Under the pieces are notes generated by a model. The model had not been told where the DNA came from. It searched no databases and saw only the letters and a list, made by a program, of their open reading frames with translations. Made by a program: the position numbers and the translations under genes. From Bacteroidota bacterium (lineage in GTDB: Bacteria > Bacteroidota > Bacteroidia > Bacteroidales > Prolixibacteraceae), in contig JAUXUF010000179.1 of the NCBI GenBank assembly GCA_030684645.1, forward strand, positions 40,279-104,278: a stretch of DNA of 64,000 bases, in the 5' to 3' direction. Positions 20,297 to 27,790 of the stretch are shown here, in pieces (position 1 is the first letter of the stretch; the number at the start of each line of letters is the position of its first letter).

Positions 20297-21694
20297 CTAT
20301 TTTGACCAATTATCGGTGCGAAATGGTGAAACAGGTAGCTTTTCGACGCTAAACAAATTTCCTATGGCTTGGTTGCTGAAAGAATAACGAACAGAAGCCG
20401 GCGCTTTTACTTTTTTACCCGAAACTATCAACTTATTACCCTCAACTGTTGCATTGGCAGGATAAAAGACTTTATCAGCCCCTGCAATAAATAATTCATC
20501 AACTTTTTTACCGGCTATCATTATATCCGAATCAAAATATACGATAAGTTTGTTTTGATTGATTTCCATTTTCTGATATGTCGGACATTTCCAGGCGATA
20601 TTGGCCTGATTATAGGTTTTGAACAAAGCTAAATTAGCTAACCGATAACCCACATCATGTTTATTTTGCGGATGAATATCTGTAACATTATCCACTAAAT
20701 CGGAGACAACGACCATCCCCGCATTCTTATTAGTAAGGCATTGAATTTGTGCTTCTCTTAAAAAAGCAGCAGAGTCTTTTGCATAATTCTTAAAAGGAGC
20801 TATTTGCACATAATAGAATGGGAATTCCTTATTCCAATCCTTTCTCCATTCTGCTATCATCGTTGATAATAAACTTCGGTATGCTGATGGAAATGCTGTA
20901 TTGGATTCCCCCTGATACCAAATGGCTCCGGCAATGGTATAATGAGTAACCGGAGCTACCATGGCATTGTACGCAGAACCGGGCTCGCAAGGCCACCATG
21001 GATATGCTTTTTGCATTTCGGAAGATGCCTTGTAAATAGGATTACTCTTGATAATATCTGCCGAAATCCATGGTTCAATAGCAGTACCACCCCAGGCTGA
21101 TTGAATAATGCCGATCGGAACATTTAAGTCCTTGTTTAATTTCCTGGCAAAGTAATAGGCTACCGCGCTAATTTCTCTGATTGAGGTTGAGTCGCAGACC
21201 TCCCATTTTGTCATGCAATTATCCTGCGGGTAGTTAGCAGTGGTTTTTCTAACTTTACAAAATCTTATATTGGGATTATTTCCGACAAGGGCATCTCTTC
21301 CCACTTCTTTAATACCAAGGTAATTATAACTCGCTTCCATATTTGATTGACCCGAACAGAACCACACTTCACCGACCATTATATTTTGCAGGACAAGCTT
21401 GTGTCCCCCACTCCCACTGATGGTAATGGAATATGGTCCCCCTGCCTTAGGCGTGTTAATGTATACCGCCCATTTGGCATTGTGATCTGCTGTAATGGTA
21501 TCAGTTCTATTGCTCCACGATGGAGTAATGGCAATTACTTCTGCCGGATCTGACCATCCCCAAATCTTAACTTTGGTGTTTTGCTGGAGAACCATATTAT
21601 CTCCAATGAGTGAAGGTAAAGCAATATCTGCCATCGCATTAATTGCAATAAACAACACACTGATCACCAAAAGCATTTTTTTAATTAGTTTCAC
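20297..21694 (-). CDS. Sialate O-acetylesterase (SASA, SGNH) family carbohydrate acetylesterase
   Basis: 465 aa, GTG start, signal peptide. Motifs LPSLIGDNMVLQQ, GEVWFCSGQSNME, WGGT, WYQGESN and DIHP. Confidence 0.92.
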   Translation of the reverse strand: MKLIKKMLLVISVLFIAINAMADIALPSLIGDNMVLQQNTKVKIWGWSDPAEVIAITPSWSNRTDTITADHNAKWAVYINTPKAGGPYSITISGSGGHKLVLQNIMVGEVWFCSGQSNMEASYNYLGIKEVGRDALVGNNPNIRFCKVRKTTANYPQDNCMTKWEVCDSTSIREISAVAYYFARKLNKDLNVPIGIIQSAWGGTAIEPWISADIIKSNPIYKASSEMQKAYPWWPCEPGSAYNAMVAPVTHYTIAGAIWYQGESNTAFPSAYRSLLSTMIAEWRKDWNKEFPFYYVQIAPFKNYAKDSAAFLREAQIQCLTNKNAGMVVVSDLVDNVTDIHPQNKHDVGYRLANLALFKTYNQANIAWKCPTYQKMEINQNKLIVYFDSDIMIAGKKVDELFIAGADKVFYPANATVEGNKLIVSGKKVKAPASVRYSFSNQAIGNLFSVEKLPVSPFRTDNWSK

Positions 21695-21942
21695 GTGTTT
21701 ATAATTTGTTTTTTAAAGGTCGAATGGAACTCGCATATGAAATTTTCCTCCATGGTGTTTTTGAGATACTCACTTACAGTAGTTTTGTAGTCCCACTCGT
21801 ACTCCGAATCCAAATGAGTGTAGCTTACGGTGTATAGCACCCTGTTTTTTGAAATGTCGTATTTGGCCCGCCTGTCAACTGGTTGCGAAAACGACAGCAA
21901 GGGCAGTAACACGAATAAAAACAGAAAGAATTTTTCTCTCAT
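21691..21942 (-). pseudogene. Truncated GH38 alpha-mannosidase (N-terminal fragment only)
   Basis: 83 aa: a signal peptide, then LYTVSYTHLDSEYEWDYKTTVSEYLKNTMEENF, matching the GH38 start motif (HxDxxWxW..T). Homology stops there and the frame ends in a GTGA overlap with the esterase start. Full-length GH38 proteins are many hundreds of residues longer. Confidence 0.75.
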
Positions 21943-22035
21943 GAATTATGATTTAGTTTTCTCAGATTTCAATCCCGCATGCAGCAAGACTTTCACTTTG
22001 ATGATTTTAGCAATTTACAGTTAATGTATTCCACA

Positions 22036-22054
22036 TGTCAATCAATAATTGACA
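22036..22054. promoter_or_regulatory. Perfect 7-bp inverted repeat, possible operator
   Basis: TGTCAAT-caata-ATTGACA, located between the conserved 44-bp motif and the GH38 start. Confidence 0.3.
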
Positions 22055-22077
22055 CTTGTTAAAAATAGATTTACCTG

Positions 22078-22121
22078 TTGCCAAATACTTCTGCTATTTT
22101 GGAGAAAGCACATTGAATATT
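22078..22121 (-). promoter_or_regulatory. Conserved 44-bp intergenic motif, copy A
   Basis: Minus strand aatattcaatgtgctttctccaaaatagcagaagtatttggcaa; 36/44 identical to 46234..46277. Both copies are intergenic, in the same orientation and upstream of a gene start. Confidence 0.6.
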
Positions 22122-22179
22122 AACCTAAAAGTTAGCCAAATAAACTTTATCCGGAAGAAAGAATCAAAATTCTTAGGAA

Positions 22180-22813
22180 TCAATCCCGAAGATGAAACAA
22201 GGCACCGGCTGGTATTTCCTGTTCTTCGATTACAGGGCCTTCCCAGCTGACGATGTTAAATTTCCGGGCGCCCAGCTGGAAATACTTCTCAAGAATCTCA
22301 TATTTTCCTTTCCGGAGGGCAATGGTTTTTTGCCCGCCACTTAGGAATATTTTACCGTCAGGATATAGCGTGCACCGGTCGTTGACCTTGATGGGAAAGG
22401 TGTACCCGAAATAGTCTTCCCGCTTGCGGTGTTCAATGGTAAAATTGGTGATAATGCCGGTTCAAATTCTTCAGATACCGGGCAGTCTTCTTTTGCCGCT
22501 CCCCAGCTTTTGTTGGGCGAAACTCCCATTTCGAAAGCCAGTTCAGATCCATTCAGAATATCATTGTGAGTAAACCTCGATATGGAATAAGCTGGCTGAA
22601 CTCCATAATTGTTTTATTGGAATAATGATAACCGGAAGAGCCATCCAATCTTCCCAACGGGTATCCGGACTTATCTGTACCATCCCGAATGGGACAGTCG
22701 CTCCCGGAAAAGTATGCCCGTGTCCACGGGTGCCGATCATTGGATCAACGAGAGCGGTATAATCAGTTTTACTCTTTTTTACTGAACAGGCAGTGTAGCT
22801 CGATTCGTTTCAT
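22180..22813 (-). pseudogene. GH92 alpha-mannosidase relic collapsed by multiple internal deletions and frameshifts
   Basis: Manual translation in shifting frames gives MKRI.., ..TACSVKKSKTDYTALVDPMIGTRGHGHTFPGATVPFGMVQISPDTRW, WDGSSGYHYSNKTIMEFS (GH92 N-terminus), FTHNDILNGSELAFEMGVSPNKSWG (end of catalytic domain), then REDYFGYTF..IALRKGKYEILEKYFQLG..VSWEGPVIEEQEIPAGALFHLRD* (PA14). The 634 bp compare with about 2.95 kb for the intact GH92 genes here. Confidence 0.85.
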
Positions 22814-22979
22814 TGGATTTGGATTTCTGGAATTTATTAAAAAACTGAATACCATCTAAATTCATCCCATCCGGTAAAGGGAGGATATGATAAACGTTAC
22901 CACCCCTGAGAAATCTGCTTTTCCATCAGATCAAATATTTAAGCTTACTGTGATGTTTAATTTTAAGTGGACACCCTAA

Positions 22980-24500
22980 TCAATCTATTTTCCTGAAGGT
23001 TGTATCTGTTAATTTTACTTTTTGACTTTTCAGGGCGTTAGGATTAGGGCCACCGACAAAATCTTTAAGAACAAGATCCTTCACTTCAAAACATTCAATT
23101 CCATTGGTGAAAAATCCCGGAAGATCGTCACCCCAACTCAGCGTGAAATCACGAATGGCGATATTATCTACATATTGAGCATAAATTCCGGGAATATCAT
23201 GTTCAAAGATCTGGTCTTCAATGTTCGCAGCTGGACGTAAGTCAAAGTTACCACCATAACCCATGGTTTCCCTGCCTTTTCTAAGGTGAAGCTGAACGTT
23301 ATTGAACTGAATATTCTCCAAATGACTTTCTTTTTGTCCGTATATGAATATTCCCTGTTCTCCTGTGGAAATGATATTATTGAACTGCACATTTTTAATC
23401 TGACCGACAGGTTTTCCTTCAAACCTTGTTATGGCAGATAAATGAATGGGTTCCCCGTGTCCCCACCACTGTCCGTTGTACAGGCGGGTTTCAATCATGA
23501 TATTTGAGAAGATCAACTCTTCAATTGATGATGAATCCCGAGCATAGATGCCAATTCCCCTGTTTGACTCAGAAATCACGATATTACTGAAAATACACCT
23601 GCGTATAGGGTGTTGGCCATATCCGATTCGTATGGCAGACGATCGGGATTGAAGATGGCAATTGTTCACCTGGATATTCTCTGCATAAATGGTTTTGTTC
23701 CCATGTATGTATTTATCCTGTTCTTTTGAATTGAACCCGGGAGTATCCTCAGTCCGTGTAAACCCGGTTACAACAATGTCATCATCACCGGCACGAATAT
23801 CACAATTGGCAATCCGGACATTTCTGGAAACCGTAAGGTGAATCCCATCGCTGTTTGGGATCATCAGGTTATTTAAAATTGAAATCCCATCTATCAGAAC
23901 ATCTTCGCAATATCCAATTCGTGTTGCCCAGACTGGCGTGTCTTTTATTGTAATACCCTTAATGGAGACATGATTGCAATGGTAAAAAACAATGGCAATG
24001 CCGGGCATTTGTTTTCGTTTCAGTGGGCCATCGGTAAAAAAGGTACCCTCCGGCATGTACCCTTCTTTTTGCCTGATTATTTTTCTGTCAAATTCAGGAT
24101 ATAGATGATTCTGGTCTGATTCATAAAAACTGGTTCCCAGACCATTTAAAGTCCCTTCCCCAGTGATACTGACATTATAAGCATCCTGGCAAAATATCAT
24201 ACCATATCGTGAGGAGGAGATTAAAAAATCGTCCAAATTTTCACTGGATCTGAGTTCCGCCCCTGTTTCCAGGTGGAGATTGATGTTACTTTTCAGAATA
24301 ATAGTGCCGGTGATAAATGTTCCAACCGGAACAATAACTGTTCCACCTCCATTTTGATAACAGGCATCAATAGCTTTCTGAATGGATGAGGTGGCGATTT
24401 TATTTTCAACTGCGCCAAAATCTTTAATGTTATATTCAATACCGTAGGCAGCCCTGCAGGCAAGCAATACAAAAATTATGATGATTTTTATTGTTTTCAC
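22980..24500 (-). CDS. GH28 polygalacturonase/rhamnogalacturonase-family beta-helix glycosidase
   Basis: 506 aa, GTG start. Motifs YNIKDFGA..SIQKAIDAC..GGGTVIVPVGTFITGTIILKSNINLHL, IKDTPVW, NSDGIH and GDDD. Confidence 0.85.
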   Translation of the reverse strand: MKTIKIIIIFVLLACRAAYGIEYNIKDFGAVENKIATSSIQKAIDACYQNGGGTVIVPVGTFITGTIILKSNINLHLETGAELRSSENLDDFLISSSRYGMIFCQDAYNVSITGEGTLNGLGTSFYESDQNHLYPEFDRKIIRQKEGYMPEGTFFTDGPLKRKQMPGIAIVFYHCNHVSIKGITIKDTPVWATRIGYCEDVLIDGISILNNLMIPNSDGIHLTVSRNVRIANCDIRAGDDDIVVTGFTRTEDTPGFNSKEQDKYIHGNKTIYAENIQVNNCHLQSRSSAIRIGYGQHPIRRCIFSNIVISESNRGIGIYARDSSSIEELIFSNIMIETRLYNGQWWGHGEPIHLSAITRFEGKPVGQIKNVQFNNIISTGEQGIFIYGQKESHLENIQFNNVQLHLRKGRETMGYGGNFDLRPAANIEDQIFEHDIPGIYAQYVDNIAIRDFTLSWGDDLPGFFTNGIECFEVKDLVLKDFVGGPNPNALKSQKVKLTDTTFRKID

Positions 24501-24618
24501 TCAAAAATATTTTAGTTAATAAATTGAATATATGTGTGTTCTCAAAAAAACTCTCATGCCAAAAGAATTTCACTTCGAACAATATTTTCATCTTCTTTTT
24601 GTGCCGCTTCCTTTAAAA

Positions 24619-26961
24619 TTAATTCCGCGGCATGTTCGTTTCATCTGCCTTAATCTCAAGAACAAGTACACTTCCGGCAGGCATTTTCTCAGTCCTTGCA
24701 ATAATTCCTGAATTGTAGCTCTTTTCTTTTCCGGTACCAACTCCGTCGATCACTTTTACCCGATACCTTGCGGCTTTGGGTAGTTGGTATTGTATGGGAT
24801 CTAAAGTGTAGTTAATGGTGTGTGATGTGTTATCCAGGTTGGTGAATACCAGTCCAAGGGCGCCATCCTCACCCTTCCACGCAGAATGTGAAACAGCTGC
24901 CATCTCCAATTTCTTTTCATTCTTCCCCCATGGGGTACTCAGAACCGGATTGTCTCCTTCAAGCTTCGGAGGACGCACCATTTCACCATAGAACAGGAAT
25001 TTCTTTACCGACTCCTTTACCAGTGACTTGCATAAAACCTTTAAATATTTAGCCTCCGGACTTTCCAGATTCACGGTATTTGGATCAAACCATCCCATCT
25101 GCTCACCCCATAAAAACATTCGTGCGTTACCCATCTTGAAGGATAATCCTGAACTGCCGGTACCCTGACCATAAAGTAAACAGTATCCGGAATATACATA
25201 ATCAAACAACGGTATATGATCAGGTATGATACTGGAAGTATTAATTGCCAACAAGCCGTCAAAAACATCAATATAAGGTTCTGCGAAATCTTCAGTCGTA
25301 AGAATTATATCCGGATTAATCTTACGGGCATTTTCGTGGGTTAGCTCAATCCCCTTCCTGTTGCCGTCGATCCAGTGATGTCCTCCACCAAGAGGATGCC
25401 CATGGGTGGGATCAAAACAATAGGCCGGCTGGCATGATGCTGTTTGATCCATATACACACCGTTCACTCCTAACTCAGAAACCATCCTGGTTACTATTTC
25501 AGACAACTTATTTTGCCAAACCTTTGTGGTTGGGCACATTATTGCGAATGGATTATCAGCCCAATGTTCCTTCATAATTGCAAGGTCCTGCCAGGCGCAT
25601 GTATTCCACTTCGAATAACTTATTAAATCATCAAATAACATAAATGGCGCTTTGCAGGCAGCATCCTGAGGATGTTCGTTGCTCCAGCTTTTTGAATTCA
25701 TATCCCAAATCCGGCTATTGATGTAGGGTACTATTTTTACACCCGCGCTTTGCAACTGTCTGGCCATCTTTGAAAACCCTTCAACAGGAGGGAAATAGTC
25801 CGGATAGTAGGTGTCAAATGGATTCTCAGTCCAGCCATACCATTGAAACGCGGTAGGGACATCCAGGTACTTTGCAAGAGGTATCATTTTATTGGTCGTC
25901 AGACCTTCCGTCCATGATACAAACCATATTGGGGTATTCAGATACCATTTGGGGATATCCTTCCGCTGGGATAGTTTACCCTTTGCGCACCATTTCTGAT
26001 TAATTACCCACTCGCGATAGATCTTTGATGCTGTTATCCAGTCCCCTTCGTAAACTCCGACTACTGCCTCATACGGCATCCTATAGCTGCTTTGGCTTCC
26101 AGGAATACCCATTCCCTCCGGATAGTTCCTTATACTGTATTTCAGACTTCTGTCTTTTTCATCGACATCATAACCGAATTTTTTTACATTAGCTTTTGAA
26201 TCGTGCGTGGCAAGATATAATCCATTGTTATTCTTTCCTTCAAAAAGAGTGCTGAATTGCATGTTACATCTTGCCGACGGATAACTCAAAACCTGTGGCG
26301 GCCTGGGATCCTCATCGAACTTCTCCGGGATCCTTTTAACGGGATTTTTTAACAGGCAGCCGATAAAATCAGGATATGCCAACTGCATATCTTCATCCTC
26401 TGATGCGCTCAACCCTTTTATTGAAGGATACGCTACTTCCCATGTCCCAAAATGCCTGCTATTATTTTCCACATTAATCTGCCAATAAGAGAGGGACGAT
26501 TCATCCAGCCTTACCGTAGCATCCACATTAACTGACTTTTCCTCAGTGCCCAGCGTAATACCCTTCCAATACAGATGCAGGGTGAGATTGCTGCCATCAG
26601 CCGATTTTTCTATATTATATGTCCGGGTACATGCTACATTGTTGTCAATAGTTACGAGGTGATTAGAGGAGTGTTTGAATTCGATCTCCCACAGTGTACT
26701 TCCCTTCGTTTGCCCCAGCAGAAAATCATGATCCTTCTGCACATTTTTTATGCTATACAAACCGAATCCATCTTCTTTAAAAAACTTCAATCCAATAATC
26801 CCATTGGATATGGATATGCCGTTTGTGGTTTCTTCTATCGAAAAGTCCGGTGCGACAGTCTTCTCCGTATATTTAAATGCCATTGTTTCAGTAACTGAAA
26901 AAAATGAAATTATCAGAAGAAATACAAAAAACTTAAGCGGAAAAGTAATTTTACGAAACAT
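24619..26961 (-). CDS. DUF6259-type putative glycoside hydrolase
   Basis: 780 aa with signal peptide. Segments QWYGW..FDTYYPDYFP..GF, VPYINSRIWD and GVNGVYMDQ, plus TTEDFAEPY, are recognised from memory as DUF6259-like TIM-barrel features. Confidence 0.55.
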   Translation of the reverse strand: MFRKITFPLKFFVFLLIISFFSVTETMAFKYTEKTVAPDFSIEETTNGISISNGIIGLKFFKEDGFGLYSIKNVQKDHDFLLGQTKGSTLWEIEFKHSSNHLVTIDNNVACTRTYNIEKSADGSNLTLHLYWKGITLGTEEKSVNVDATVRLDESSLSYWQINVENNSRHFGTWEVAYPSIKGLSASEDEDMQLAYPDFIGCLLKNPVKRIPEKFDEDPRPPQVLSYPSARCNMQFSTLFEGKNNNGLYLATHDSKANVKKFGYDVDEKDRSLKYSIRNYPEGMGIPGSQSSYRMPYEAVVGVYEGDWITASKIYREWVINQKWCAKGKLSQRKDIPKWYLNTPIWFVSWTEGLTTNKMIPLAKYLDVPTAFQWYGWTENPFDTYYPDYFPPVEGFSKMARQLQSAGVKIVPYINSRIWDMNSKSWSNEHPQDAACKAPFMLFDDLISYSKWNTCAWQDLAIMKEHWADNPFAIMCPTTKVWQNKLSEIVTRMVSELGVNGVYMDQTASCQPAYCFDPTHGHPLGGGHHWIDGNRKGIELTHENARKINPDIILTTEDFAEPYIDVFDGLLAINTSSIIPDHIPLFDYVYSGYCLLYGQGTGSSGLSFKMGNARMFLWGEQMGWFDPNTVNLESPEAKYLKVLCKSLVKESVKKFLFYGEMVRPPKLEGDNPVLSTPWGKNEKKLEMAAVSHSAWKGEDGALGLVFTNLDNTSHTINYTLDPIQYQLPKAARYRVKVIDGVGTGKEKSYNSGIIARTEKMPAGSVLVLEIKADETNMPRN

Positions 26962-27032
26962 TTGAACCTCCTTTTTTTATTATGAATTTTTATTAATCAA
27001 CCTGTTACCCGATTTAATACAAATCAAATAAA

Positions 27033-27710
27033 CTAGTCCTTCAGGCAGCGCACAGAAAACCCAATACTCTTACCATAGCCGTATCTGCCGATATAGCTGA
27101 CAATGCCAGTCATGTACCTGGGCCAGGCCATGTAGGCATTAAACTCAGAAGAACTCCACCAGCCGCCGTAGTTTCCAAAGTGGCTGAATTCTCCACTGAT
27201 GCTACGGTAGCTACCCGGAAGTGCTGTAAAACCTGTTTCGTTGGTTGCGCCCGTATTTGGGCTTTGCCAGTGTGCTGTGCCGGTTTCTTTTAGTTTACCA
27301 CCGGCAATTTTGGCACCTCCCAAATAGTCTGTTAGTGTGGTCCATTCGGCATCAGTGGGGATATGCCAGCCAGTTGGGCATACATTACGGCTGTCTGTTA
27401 CTGCATACCATGTATATAACCTGCCATAAGCAGCAACGTTACGCTCATCGCCATTATAAGCCCATTGGTATTTTGGCGTACTTTCGCCTGATACATCTAA
27501 TGTGGCTGGAGTTGTTGTACCAATTACATCACCATTCCGGTATCTGGTGACTTTCAGATTTTCTTTCATCCATACCTGAGTACCAATGCTAACTGTTTGG
27601 TATACATTGCCATCAATGTCGGTTACTGTCAGCGTGTTTTGTGCATGTAGCCCGGTCAAACCTATGCCCAACAGGAGTAAGGTGCTTAATTTTAATTTCT
27701 TGTGTCGCAT
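27033..27710 (-). CDS. FISUMP (Fibrobacter succinogenes major paralogous) domain protein
   Basis: 225 aa with signal peptide MRHKKLKLSTLLLLGIGLTGLHA. Motifs VTDIDGNVYQTVSIGTQVWMKENL, YGRLYTWYAV, NVCPTGWHIPTDAEW, TGFTALPG, WWSSSE and terminal GFSVRCLKD. Confidence 0.92.
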   Translation of the reverse strand: MRHKKLKLSTLLLLGIGLTGLHAQNTLTVTDIDGNVYQTVSIGTQVWMKENLKVTRYRNGDVIGTTTPATLDVSGESTPKYQWAYNGDERNVAAYGRLYTWYAVTDSRNVCPTGWHIPTDAEWTTLTDYLGGAKIAGGKLKETGTAHWQSPNTGATNETGFTALPGSYRSISGEFSHFGNYGGWWSSSEFNAYMAWPRYMTGIVSYIGRYGYGKSIGFSVRCLKD

Positions 27711-27743
27711 TTTTGTTACCTGTTTTTAAATTTAACATTAAAG

Positions 27744-27772
27744 GACACCTTAAAAAACAATTTTTTGGTGTC
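27744..27772. terminator. Intergenic hairpin (terminator-like or REP-like)
   Basis: GACACC-ttAAAAAA-caa-TTTTTT-GGTGTC, lying 19 bp past the stop of 27791..30544. Confidence 0.35.
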
Positions 27773-27790
27773 ATGAATTAGAATAATAAT

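Noticed and set aside
21810-21830. VSYTHL peptide, the well-known translation of Nextera adapter contamination
   Set aside because: The DNA reads GTA AGC TAC ACT CAT TTG, not the adapter CTGTCTCTTATACACATCT, and the peptide is the genuine GH38 HxD motif.
22814-22979. Short minus-strand frame (WKSRFLRGGNVYHILPLPDG...) upstream of the GH92 relic, a possible third gene remnant
   Set aside because: Too short, has no start codon context, and has no motif I can assign.
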